DNA of 14,853 bases. Source: a virus. Below, piece by piece: positions 6,864-14,803 of this stretch. A program made the translations under genes and the position numbers. The stretch is taken from the UHGV virus genome UHGV-0073227; one strand, given 5' to 3'. The notes under the pieces are model-generated. The model was not told the origin of the DNA. It searched no databases and worked only from the letters and a program-made list of their open reading frames with translations. The first letter of the stretch is position 1. Each line of letters begins with the position of its first letter.

Positions 6864-6986
6864 AAGTCCTCCTTTTTCTGCCCTTTTAGTGTATCGCCTT
6901 AGCGATATATACACAAACCGCTTTTCCGTACATTGCAATCGCTTTAATCAATCGCTATAGTGAATGAAATCAGGTTGGAGGTCGAT
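6864..6986. promoter_or_regulatory. Immunity-switch intergenic region (OR-like operators with divergent PRM/PR promoters)
   Basis: Perfect palindrome TATCGC-CTTA-GCGATA (6892-6907). Two direct CAATCGCT repeats (6936-6943 and 6949-6956). Candidate PR: -35 TTGCAA (6933-6938), 16-bp spacer, -10 TATAGT (6955-6960), both overlapped by the repeats. The 13-mer TCAATCGCTATAG (6948-6960) is shared with the PL region. Confidence 0.6.
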
Positions 6987-7250
6987 ATGAAAAATGAAGG
7001 TATAGCCAAGGCTGTAGATATTGCGGGAAGCCAGATTGCTCTGGCTAGGCGTTGTGGTCGCGCGCAGTCAACAATTTGCGACTGGCTGAATGGGAAGAAA
7101 AAAATTTCTCCTGAATTTGTTCCGTCTCTGGTTAAGGCGGTCGATGGGAAAGTCCAGGCGTATGAATTTCGTCCTGATCTACCGGAGCTTTTCCCACACC
7201 CAAGTTTAGCGCACACAGAAGATGGAGTGTGCGAAGGAGATAAACAGTGA
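6987..7250 (+). CDS. Cro-like / YdaS-family small HTH regulator
   Basis: ATG at 6987 with a GGAGG RBS 5 nt upstream. The HTH segment (GSQIALARRCGRAQSTICDWLNG) resembles the YdaS/Cro family. Divergent from cI; its stop overlaps the next gene's GTG. Confidence 0.8.
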   Translation: MKNEGIAKAVDIAGSQIALARRCGRAQSTICDWLNGKKKISPEFVPSLVKAVDGKVQAYEFRPDLPELFPHPSLAHTEDGVCEGDKQ

Positions 7251-7954
7251 ATACAACAATTTTTACCGATAAAGCATCCATGACCAGTATTGAGATAGCT
7301 GAGCTGGTGGGAAGCAGACCAGATAGTGTTAAGAGAACTATTGAAACACTGGCTAAAAAGGGAATCATCCAATTTCCACAGTCTGTGGAAATTGAGAATA
7401 AACAATCACTTGGCCCTCGCCGATTTTCTAGCGCGTATGTATTCGAAGGTGAACGAGGCAAACGCGACAGCATCATTGTTGTCGCACAGCTTTGCCCTGA
7501 ATTCACCGCCTGCCTGGTAGATCGCTGGCGTGAACTGGAAAAACAAATCCGCAAACCAATGAGCCAGATCGAAATGGTTGCTGCAATGGCGCTTGAAGCT
7601 GTTCGCCAACAAAGACGTCTTGAGCAGGTGGAAGAGAAAGTCACCTACGTTACTGAAACCGTCGAGCGAATCAAAAGAGGCACCATACGCGATGGTTATG
7701 CAGGCTACCGTCAGCTGGTAGCGAAAACGGGTATGTCAGATGCGAAATGCCGCAATCTGGTGAACGCATATCAGATCCCTACCGACCCCCATGAGTTCAT
7801 GAGGCCGGATGGATTGTTGTCTCGTCGCGCAATTGTTGCTGTGGAACCGTTTATGGCTGCTTTTTATCGGGTTATGGAGGAAGCAGAACCGCGAGGGACT
7901 TGCTGGTATTACCCGAAAATGGGGGTATTTCAGGTTATTGGTTGGCAGAAATAA
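7247..7954 (+). CDS. Rha-family phage regulatory protein / antirepressor-like
   Basis: GTG start overlapping the cro stop (GTGA), preceded by a GAAGGAGA RBS. The N-terminal motif TSIEIAELVGSRPDSVKRTIETLAKKG is consistent with the Phage_pRha family, recalled from memory. Confidence 0.7.
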   Translation: MNTTIFTDKASMTSIEIAELVGSRPDSVKRTIETLAKKGIIQFPQSVEIENKQSLGPRRFSSAYVFEGERGKRDSIIVVAQLCPEFTACLVDRWRELEKQIRKPMSQIEMVAAMALEAVRQQRRLEQVEEKVTYVTETVERIKRGTIRDGYAGYRQLVAKTGMSDAKCRNLVNAYQIPTDPHEFMRPDGLLSRRAIVAVEPFMAAFYRVMEEAEPRGTCWYYPKMGVFQVIGWQK

Positions 7955-7958
7955 GAAA

Positions 7959-7979
7959 GGCCGGCAGAGAAAACCGGCC
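7959..7979 (+). terminator. Stem-loop GGCCGG-(9 nt)-CCGGCC immediately after the Rha-like gene stop
   Basis: 6-bp GC stem 5 nt after the TAA, followed by AGTCGGGTTTATCG (a weak T tract). Possible attenuator or weak terminator. Confidence 0.3.
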
Positions 7980-8006
7980 AGTCGGGTTTATCGTCGGAGA
8001 TATTAC

Positions 8007-8831
8007 GTGAAAAACAATATCAAAGTTTTCGATTTTAAATCAAGCACTGGTGAATTGTTGTCATCAGTTCGTAGTGTGGTCATTGATTCAACACCATGGT
8101 TTTTTGCCGTGGATATATGTAACGCGCTGGGGCTGACAAATACTGCTATCTCCCTTCAGTCCATCGATGATGAAGATAAAACCGAATATAAGGATTACTT
8201 AGGTTCGGGACGTAAGCCTTTGCTGGTCAATGAATCCGGGCTCTATGCGCTGATTATCAAAAGTCGAAAAAAACAGGCAAGACGTTTTAAACGGTGGATT
8301 ACATCGGAGGTAATTCCGTCAATTCGTAAAACGGGGAATTACAGTCTTACCACAATGACATCCCTACCAGATTTTAGCGATCCGGCTGCTGCTGCCCGTG
8401 CCTGGGCGGATGAATATGAGGCTAAAAACAGAGCAATTAGTTACGTTCATCGTCAGGCCCAATACATCGAACATCTGGAAAATTTATTCCAGCCTGGCAT
8501 GACACCGGTTCAGTTCTGCAAGCAACTTAATGGAGTAAATGTTCAGCGTATCACAGCATTTCTGGAGGCTCACAACTGGCTTTATGACGAGCGTCCTGAA
8601 TCGCGAAGCCCCGCATGGCGTGTAAAGGCATATGCCCGAGATCTGTATCTGACCGAACGTCACCACTATATCGATTCAGGTTATGAAGAAGGGTTTTATT
8701 CGTATACACCAGTTCTTCTCCAGAAAGGGGCGGTCTGGATTTATCGCCAGTATCTTAGAGGTGCATTACCCATGAAGAGAAACTGGAATGGCGAATTCAC
8801 CCACGATAAAGAACTGGCGGGTGCTGCATGA
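8007..8831 (+). CDS. Phage antirepressor with an N-terminal Bro-N domain and a C-terminal KilA-C/ANT-like region
   Basis: GTG at 8007 is the first in-frame start after the upstream stop, with a GGAGA RBS 6 nt upstream. Bro-N-like motif: VVIDSTPWFFAVDICNALGLTNTAISLQSIDDEDK ... ESGLYALIIKSRKKQARRFKRWITSEVIPSIRKTG. Confidence 0.8.
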   Translation: MKNNIKVFDFKSSTGELLSSVRSVVIDSTPWFFAVDICNALGLTNTAISLQSIDDEDKTEYKDYLGSGRKPLLVNESGLYALIIKSRKKQARRFKRWITSEVIPSIRKTGNYSLTTMTSLPDFSDPAAAARAWADEYEAKNRAISYVHRQAQYIEHLENLFQPGMTPVQFCKQLNGVNVQRITAFLEAHNWLYDERPESRSPAWRVKAYARDLYLTERHHYIDSGYEEGFYSYTPVLLQKGAVWIYRQYLRGALPMKRNWNGEFTHDKELAGAA

Positions 8832-9124
8832 TTGTTCTCCAAAATATTGATTCCTCAATTTCGGGACGTTACACTGTTCTGGCACCTTATAAAGCGGGTG
8901 CCGGGGGTCGCAGCCCGGAATTGCATACGGCGATATACGACGCGCCAGCGTCTTTTTTATCGTCCGCGCTCACGCACGCCAGAATTATGGTGGGCTGGGC
9001 AGGGGAGCCGAAAGGCTCGCCGGTTTCCGTATGCGCCGGTACTGCGAACCCTGTTCAGTCTGCCACCAGTGAGTTTCGCAGCTCCGGTGGTGGAAGTTAT
9101 CCATTGCATACGGAGGCTGCCATC

Positions 9125-9676
9125 ATGGCTACGATCCCAACCCTCACTCAACCTGAAATTGCCATCGTTGATGGTCAGGCTGTTACTTCATCCCTGGCTG
9201 TTGCCAACTTCTTCTCCAAACGTCATGACGATGTACTGAAAAAGATCCGCACGCTTGAATGTTCCGCATCATTCACTGCCCGCAATTTTTCGGTGAGTGA
9301 TTACACCGATTGCACAGGCCGCAAACTACATTGCTATCAAATAACCCGCGACGGCTTTGCGTTTCTTGCTATGGGTTTCACGGGTAAACGTGCTGCCCAG
9401 TTCAAAGAGGCATACATAAATGCCTTTAACCAGATGGAGAAGAGTTTATCAGGTGCCGATGCGTCTGATATGTCAGCTGTCGCACGAAACGCCAGAGGCG
9501 TATACCTGCATTTGCGTGAAATCCATCAAATCTGGACAAGCCAGCTTTATCCAATGCTTAAGGCTGTTGAATCTCCGCTGGCCAGCAAACTGTACGACCG
9601 TGTAGGTGATGCTGTTTTTGGTGCTGCACTTGTTGATTCCAGGCTGAATGGTTCTGACAAGGAGGTGCGTCCATGA
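9125..9676 (+). CDS. Second Rha-family phage regulatory protein / antirepressor-like
   Basis: ATG at 9125 with a GGAGG RBS (9112-9116). Rha-like N-terminus: AIVDGQAVTSSLAVANFFSKRHDDVLKKIRTL. The open frame also extends upstream to an ATG at 8828 that overlaps the Bro-N stop, so a 282-aa N-extended form is not excluded. Confidence 0.75.
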   Translation: MATIPTLTQPEIAIVDGQAVTSSLAVANFFSKRHDDVLKKIRTLECSASFTARNFSVSDYTDCTGRKLHCYQITRDGFAFLAMGFTGKRAAQFKEAYINAFNQMEKSLSGADASDMSAVARNARGVYLHLREIHQIWTSQLYPMLKAVESPLASKLYDRVGDAVFGAALVDSRLNGSDKEVRP

Positions 9677-9897
9677 TCCGCCACATCGTTAATTTCCTGT
9701 ATCACCGATACAACCATTGCCCCCGTGTGGGGCAGTGGTTCACCACCAGCAACGGACACGTTCTGCGGGTTTGCCTGGTCAATACAGAAAGCCAGAAGGT
9801 TGTCTGCCAGGTTCAGGGACGTACTCATACCCTGAGTTATCCGCTGGTGGCGTTTCAGTCCGGAAAAATGTTTAAGCGTCTGGGAGGTGCCGTATGA
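9673..9897 (+). CDS. Hypothetical small protein (74 aa)
   Basis: Strong AAGGAGG RBS 7 nt upstream; its ATG overlaps the Rha stop (ATGA) and its stop overlaps the ATG of the replication initiator. Cys/His-containing; no family recognised. Confidence 0.6.
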   Translation: MIRHIVNFLYHRYNHCPRVGQWFTTSNGHVLRVCLVNTESQKVVCQVQGRTHTLSYPLVAFQSGKMFKRLGGAV

Positions 9898-10805
9898 GTA
9901 GCAAAATCCTAGGTAATGTCTGGGATGCATGTGCAGCATATGGCATCAAAGGTGCAAAACTGATGATTATGGCGCGCTTGGCGGATTATTCGAATGATGA
10001 CGGGGTGTGCTACCCAGGTGTTGAAACCATATGCCGACAGCTTGGGTTGGGAGAAAGTACAGTCAGAACGGCAATCTCCGAACTGGAGGCTGATGGCTGG
10101 CTGACGCGTCAGTCACGCCGCAAAGGTAACCGTAATACGTCCAATCTTTATCATCTGAATGCTGATCGGCTTGAGCTGCTTGCCAGAACAGAGCGGGATA
10201 AGGTTGCAGAACTGAAACAGCAGCGCAGACTTTCAGGATTACGTGACCCTTCAGATTCTGAACCTTCAAAATCTGAACCGTCAGAATCTGTATGTTCAGG
10301 TGTGTTTGACCCTTCAGATTCTGGCAAAAATACGCGTTTGACCCTTCAGAATCTGACCCCAGATCCACAAGGTTTAAAACATGAACCACCAGTAAATTCA
10401 AAACATGAACCGCAAGATATTGGCGCATCCGCTGACGCGTCTGCACCAGCGCGTTCTGCCAGACAGGAATATTCACCGGAATTTGAACAGGCCTGGCAGG
10501 AATATCCCAAACGTGCTGGTGGTAATTCCAAGTCAGCAGCCTTCAAAGCCTGGAAAGCCCGAATCAGGGAAGGTGTGACACCCGAAACCATGCTCAACGG
10601 TGTGAAACGCTATGCCGCCTGGGTGCGTGTCTCTGGAAATACCGGTACCCAGTTCGTGAAGCAGGCGTCGACGTTCTTTGGACCCGATCGTCATTTCGAG
10701 GAATCCTGGCAACAGCCAGCAGCCCCCGGAGGTGGGCGGGGCAAAAGCCTCCCGATCTCGGGATTCAGTGAACAGGACTACGGCTCAACGAACTTCAACT
10801 GGTGA
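9894..10805 (+). CDS. Phage replication initiator (lambda O-like replisome organizer) with N-terminal winged-helix/HTH
   Basis: N-terminal HTH (ICRQLGLGESTVRTAISELEADGWLTRQ); a central repetitive low-complexity segment encoded by the iteron array; C-terminal conserved region (EFEQAWQEYPKRAGGNSKSAAFKAWKARIREGVTPE). Sits directly before the DnaC-like and DnaB-like genes. Confidence 0.8.
   Translation: MSSKILGNVWDACAAYGIKGAKLMIMARLADYSNDDGVCYPGVETICRQLGLGESTVRTAISELEADGWLTRQSRRKGNRNTSNLYHLNADRLELLARTERDKVAELKQQRRLSGLRDPSDSEPSKSEPSESVCSGVFDPSDSGKNTRLTLQNLTPDPQGLKHEPPVNSKHEPQDIGASADASAPARSARQEYSPEFEQAWQEYPKRAGGNSKSAAFKAWKARIREGVTPETMLNGVKRYAAWVRVSGNTGTQFVKQASTFFGPDRHFEESWQQPAAPGGGRGKSLPISGFSEQDYGSTNFNW
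10244..10355. repeat. Iteron array (candidate origin of replication) embedded in the initiator gene
   Basis: TGACCCTTCAGATTCTG at 10244-10260 and 10307-10323, the variant TGACCCTTCAGAATCTG at 10339-10355, and degenerate copies (CCTTCAAAATCTG, CCGTCAGAATCTG) between them. Followed by a twice-repeated AAACATGAACC (10377-10410). Confidence 0.7.
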
Positions 10806-10824
10806 TTTTGTGGGGAGGGTGAAA

Positions 10825-11715
10825 ATGACTAATTTCCTGAACAAACAACACATGCAACACGACAAAGCGCAGTTACTTAACCGCAAGGCAGACCTGGAAG
10901 AGGAACTGGCATTTGTCCGTGGCGGAAAGCGTCCGTGGCGCTGTGAGCATTGGGTGCAAAGCACTGAGACGGTGTCCTGCGGGAAACACGGAAAATACAC
11001 GCGCTATGTGCTGACGGGCCCGGATGTAAGGGGGAAAGCTGTCAAACGGGTGTCCGGTTGCCTGTCCTGCCTCAGTGAGGAGCTGGACTGCGTGTATGAC
11101 GAATTACGCGCTCTGAAGGTTCGTGAATTACTCGATCAGGCCGGTATTGCCCGCCGGTTCCAGGACTGTGAGTTTGAGAATTATCAGGCGGTGAATACTG
11201 ACGCACAGAAAAACCTTGAAGCCTGTCAGCGCTATGCCGCTTCTTGGAAGAAATGTCTCGCTGCAGGCACCAGCATGGTCATGATTGGCAATTGTGGTAC
11301 CGGTAAAAATCACCTGGCTGTATCAATGGCAAAAAATATTATTCGCCACCACCAGGCAACCATAGAAATCACGGATGTAATGCGGCTTACCCGTGCGGTG
11401 AAAAATACCTGGCGCCACAACTCTGAGCGCACTGACGATGAAGTGATTAATCATTTTGCATCGCTGGATCTGCTTATCATCGATGAGGTTGGTGTGCAGT
11501 TCGGTACGCCTGCGGAGATAACCATCCTGCAGGAAATCATAAATGCGCGTTACGAAAGCGTTTTACCGACAATTTTGATCAGCAACCTGACGTTTGAACA
11601 GCTTAAGGAATCCATTGGTGAACGGATTGTGGATCGCGTTACTGATGGTGGGCGTAACTGCCTGGTGTTTGGTTGGGAAAGCTACCGTGCGCATATCAGA
11701 GGTGTGGCAGCATGA
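10825..11715 (+). CDS. DnaC-like helicase loader (IstB-type AAA+ ATPase) with an N-terminal Cys/His cluster
   Basis: ATG at 10825 with a GGGGAGGG RBS. Walker A GNCGTGKNHLA and Walker B LLIIDEVG. N-terminal putative zinc-binding residues (RCEHW, SCGKHG, GCLSCL). Confidence 0.85.
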   Translation: MTNFLNKQHMQHDKAQLLNRKADLEEELAFVRGGKRPWRCEHWVQSTETVSCGKHGKYTRYVLTGPDVRGKAVKRVSGCLSCLSEELDCVYDELRALKVRELLDQAGIARRFQDCEFENYQAVNTDAQKNLEACQRYAASWKKCLAAGTSMVMIGNCGTGKNHLAVSMAKNIIRHHQATIEITDVMRLTRAVKNTWRHNSERTDDEVINHFASLDLLIIDEVGVQFGTPAEITILQEIINARYESVLPTILISNLTFEQLKESIGERIVDRVTDGGRNCLVFGWESYRAHIRGVAA

Positions 11716-13112
11716 CAAACCCGACAAATCCGGCGTGGCGTAATTATGACCTGGAAGGAGCTGTCATCGGTGCGTTTTTTCTGCGTGGGGCTGATCCGGA
11801 AGTGATGGATATTCTGGCCACATTGTCGGCGGACGTTTTTTCTGCACGACAGTACCGGGATATTTACGCGGGAATTTGCAGACAGGCCCGTGTATCCGGC
11901 GTCATTGACCCCGTACTGCTGTGCAATGAGATGCCGGAACTTGCCCCGGTGATTACCGACACCGGACGCAAAACCTGGGTGAAGTCTTCACTGGAGCACT
12001 ATGTCGCAGCGTTGCGGCGTAATGCCGCACTGCGCGATGCAGAAAAAACACTGACTGAAGCATTACAGAATTTACGTGATGCGTATACCTGTGAAGCAGC
12101 CGAGGATGCCCTGAAGGATGCGCAGAACATGATGGCCTCACTGTCGACCGGAAAGGGCGTCATTCAGCCGGTTCACATTGATGATGTCCTTCCGGAAGTG
12201 GTCGACCGTGTTGAATGCCGCAATCAGGGACTGGAGAAATCCAGAGCGCTGATGACCGGTATTGATGAACTGGACGCAAAAACGGGCGGTATGGAGCCAG
12301 GCGACCTGGTATTTATTGCGGCTCGTCCTTCGATGGGGAAAACCGAACTTGCGCTGGATATCATCGACAAGGTGACTGAGCAGGGGCATGGCGTGCTTCT
12401 GTTCACCATGGAGATGGCGAACATTCAGATTGGTGAACGTATGGTGTCTGCTGCCGGGGGAATGCCGGTATCCCGTCTTAAGTCTGTTGCCCGTTTTGAA
12501 GACGAAGACTGGGCGCGTTTCTCACAGGGCGTGGGACGAATAACGGGGCGTAATATCTGGATGGTGGACCAGGCAAACCTGACCATTGATGAGATATGTG
12601 CAACCACGAGGCACCACCGGATGAAACACCCGGAAACGGCGCTGGTGGTGGTCGATTACCTCGGTCTGATTAAAACCCGCAGCACGGGGCGTCACGACCT
12701 TGCTGTGGGGGAAATCTCAAAGGGACTTAAAAGCCTGGCAAAATCCGGCGGTTTTCCGCTGATTGCTCTGAGCCAGCTCTCCCGTGGCGTGGAATCCAGA
12801 CCCAATAAACGCCCCATGAACTCGGACCTGAAAAACTCAGGGGAAATAGAGGCGGATGCAGACATCATTCTGATGCTTTACAGGGATGAGGTGTACAACC
12901 CGGAGACACAGGCGAGAGGCATAGCTGAAATCAACATCACGAAACAGCGTAATGGCACGCTGGGTACCATTTACCGGCGTTTTCATAACGGGCATTTTCT
13001 GCCTGTGGACCAGGAGAGTGCCCGGGTTCTTTCCACTCCCATGACGCCGGGCAATCCGCGCAGATACAGCAATAACCGCATGTCGGGTAGTAAAACGGAG
13101 CGTTTATTTTGA
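11712..13112 (+). CDS. DnaB-family replicative helicase
   Basis: ATG overlaps the DnaC-like stop (ATGA). Walker A (ARPSMGKTELAL), Walker B-like (LVVVDYLGLI), and the C-terminal RecA-like region of DnaB-type helicases. 466 aa. Confidence 0.9.
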   Translation: MTNPTNPAWRNYDLEGAVIGAFFLRGADPEVMDILATLSADVFSARQYRDIYAGICRQARVSGVIDPVLLCNEMPELAPVITDTGRKTWVKSSLEHYVAALRRNAALRDAEKTLTEALQNLRDAYTCEAAEDALKDAQNMMASLSTGKGVIQPVHIDDVLPEVVDRVECRNQGLEKSRALMTGIDELDAKTGGMEPGDLVFIAARPSMGKTELALDIIDKVTEQGHGVLLFTMEMANIQIGERMVSAAGGMPVSRLKSVARFEDEDWARFSQGVGRITGRNIWMVDQANLTIDEICATTRHHRMKHPETALVVVDYLGLIKTRSTGRHDLAVGEISKGLKSLAKSGGFPLIALSQLSRGVESRPNKRPMNSDLKNSGEIEADADIILMLYRDEVYNPETQARGIAEINITKQRNGTLGTIYRRFHNGHFLPVDQESARVLSTPMTPGNPRRYSNNRMSGSKTERLF

Positions 13113-13363
13113 ACAACAGAACAACCACTGTTTCACCGGAACAACTTCGTCGGCAGGCGCAGGAGATGCTTCGTTGTGCTGAGATGGAAAAAACGAGCGT
13201 GGCAAAAGATACGCTCCGCAAGCAGCTTACTCCGGCGCTTCGTGATCTGCTGCAGGCAAAACACCGCACACAAAAGGCGGTGGATGAGCTGGTGGATTGC
13301 GTGGCGGAACTGGAAGGCCAGGTAAGCCAGTTTGAAACGCTGGTGAAGGAGTTTACTGCGTGA
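13109..13363 (+). CDS. Hypothetical small helical protein (84 aa)
   Basis: ORF beginning at a TTG that overlaps the DnaB stop, with AAACGGAG upstream. Charged, coiled-coil-like composition. Start codon uncertain. Confidence 0.45.
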   Translation: MNNRTTTVSPEQLRRQAQEMLRCAEMEKTSVAKDTLRKQLTPALRDLLQAKHRTQKAVDELVDCVAELEGQVSQFETLVKEFTA

Positions 13364-13415
13364 TGGCTGAATTTTTTTCTCCTGCGTTCATGCAATACCG
13401 TTCGCTGAGGTGACC

Positions 13416-14405
13416 GTGAGAGCACTGCTGACCCCTGAAATTGCCCCGCGTATGGGGATCGTCTTGTTCAGACCCGGTTCAGAGCTGATGCCCCTGTTTA
13501 TGCAGGGGCGTGTCCTGCTGGAGCCTGAGCCGGAACGTTATTCATCTTTTGCCAGTGGTGCCGTTCCGGCAGCATCACAACCGCTGGCGGATGATCCTGC
13601 CGTTCGGGCCGTGTTCCGCAATGAGGCAGTGATCCGTCGTGCTGGTGGCGTGGAATGCCTTGAGAGCTGGTTACTTCGTGAAAAAGGCTGCCAGTGGCCT
13701 CATTCCGGATGGCACAGCGAGAACATGACCACAATGCGACACGCGCCGGGCGCAATCCGTCTGTGCTGGCACTGCGATAACCTGCTTCGCGATCAGTTCA
13801 CGGAACGTCTGGAGTCAATGGCAACGGATAACTGTGCCCGCTGGGTGTTGTCCGTAGTCCGTCGTGATCTCGGTTTTGATGACAGTCACGTTGTGACAAT
13901 GCCTGAACTGTGCTGGTGGCTGGTTCGTAATGACCTGGCGGATGCCTTACCGGAAAGTGCAGCCCGTAAGGCCCTGAGATTACCGAAGCCTGTTTTGCCG
14001 TCTGTCACCCGGGAAAGTGACCTTGTGCCTTCGGTTCTTGCCACCAGCATCATCCAGGATAAGGCGAAAAAGGTGCTGGCGCTGAAAGTGGATCCGGAGT
14101 CGCCGGAGTCTTTTATGTTACGCCCCAAACGTCGTCGCTGGGTTAATGAAAAGTACACGCGCTGGGTTAAGACGCAGCCGTGTGCATGTTGTGGTAAGCC
14201 AGCCGACGATCCTCATCACCTGATTGGTCATGGTCAGGGTGGAATGGGTACAAAAGCGCATGACCTTTTTGTGTTGCCTTTGTGCAGAAAACACCATGAC
14301 GAACTGCATGCGGATACCGTGGCATTTGAAGAGAAGTATGGTTCCCAACTGGAGCTGATATTTCATTTTATCGATCGCGCACTGGCGATTGGTGTGCTGT
14401 CCTGA
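13416..14405 (+). CDS. DUF968-like prophage protein with a C-terminal HNH-like Cys/His motif
   Basis: About 330 aa. C-terminal PCACCGKPADDPHHLIGHGQGGMGTKAHDLFVLPLCRKHHDELH resembles an HNH zinc-binding nuclease motif. Family recalled from memory. Start is either GTG 13410/13416 or ATG 13452. Confidence 0.7.
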   Translation: MRALLTPEIAPRMGIVLFRPGSELMPLFMQGRVLLEPEPERYSSFASGAVPAASQPLADDPAVRAVFRNEAVIRRAGGVECLESWLLREKGCQWPHSGWHSENMTTMRHAPGAIRLCWHCDNLLRDQFTERLESMATDNCARWVLSVVRRDLGFDDSHVVTMPELCWWLVRNDLADALPESAARKALRLPKPVLPSVTRESDLVPSVLATSIIQDKAKKVLALKVDPESPESFMLRPKRRRWVNEKYTRWVKTQPCACCGKPADDPHHLIGHGQGGMGTKAHDLFVLPLCRKHHDELHADTVAFEEKYGSQLELIFHFIDRALAIGVLS

Positions 14406-14422
14406 TTTTGTGGAGAAAGTTG

Positions 14423-14803
14423 ATGCGTGATATTCAGATGGTTCTTGAACGCTGGGGGGCATGGGCGGCAAGTGGTAACACCGGGGTGGACTATTCTCCG
14501 ATCGCTGCCGGATTCAAAGGACTTTTACCATCTACCACTAAATCACGTCCGGCCTGCTGCGATGATGACGGACTTATCATTGAAAACTGTCTTGCTCGTC
14601 TGAAGCAGAAAAAACCTGAGGAGTATTCGCTTCTCATTGCTCATTATTTGTTGCGAATATCAAAAAGACAGATAGCCAGGACGAGAAAGAAAAGCGAAAA
14701 AGCAATACGAATTGAGATGCAGATAGCCGAAGGGTTTATTGACGGATGTTTGTCTGTGCTGGGGGTAAGACTGGAGATGGACGACTGGCTGCTAAAAAAG
14801 TAA
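14423..14803 (+). CDS. Putative late-gene antiterminator Q-like protein (QuuD-like small Q family)
   Basis: N-terminus MRDIQMVLERWGAWAA ... IAAGFKGL ... RPACCDDDG matches my recollection of the small Q-like antiterminators of E. coli lambdoid prophages. Its position after the replication module fits. ATG at 14423 with a GGAG RBS. Confidence 0.55.
   Translation: MRDIQMVLERWGAWAASGNTGVDYSPIAAGFKGLLPSTTKSRPACCDDDGLIIENCLARLKQKKPEEYSLLIAHYLLRISKRQIARTRKKSEKAIRIEMQIAEGFIDGCLSVLGVRLEMDDWLLKK

Noticed and set aside
6863-6938. Upstream extension of the cI ORF to 6938 (MQCTEKRF...)
   Set aside because: It would run through the operator region and has no RBS; the ATG at 6863 has AAGGAGG and begins the HTH domain.
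6239-7644. Track ORFs 6239..6433(-), 6285..6497(+), 6418..6780(+), 6944..7405(-), 7132..7644(-), 7326..7520(+), 7406..7612(-)
   Set aside because: All overlap the cI, cro or Rha genes in alternative frames or antisense; no independent signals.
7809-8006. N-terminal 66 codons of track ORF 7809..8831 (MDCCLVAQLLLW...)
   Set aside because: Overlaps the Rha-like gene in another frame; the Bro-N domain starts right after GTG 8007, which has its own RBS.
8832-9239. Track ORF 8832..9239(+), 135 aa, Arg-rich
   Set aside because: Arg/Pro-rich translation typical of an out-of-frame read of GC-rich DNA; overlaps the Rha gene start; the region is better explained as a structured leader.
9420-10597. Track ORFs 9420..9605(+), 9547..9939(-), 10063..10476(-), 10346..10597(-)
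   Set aside because: Embedded in or antisense to the Rha, 74-aa and initiator genes; the antisense ORFs across the iterons are an artefact of the repeats.
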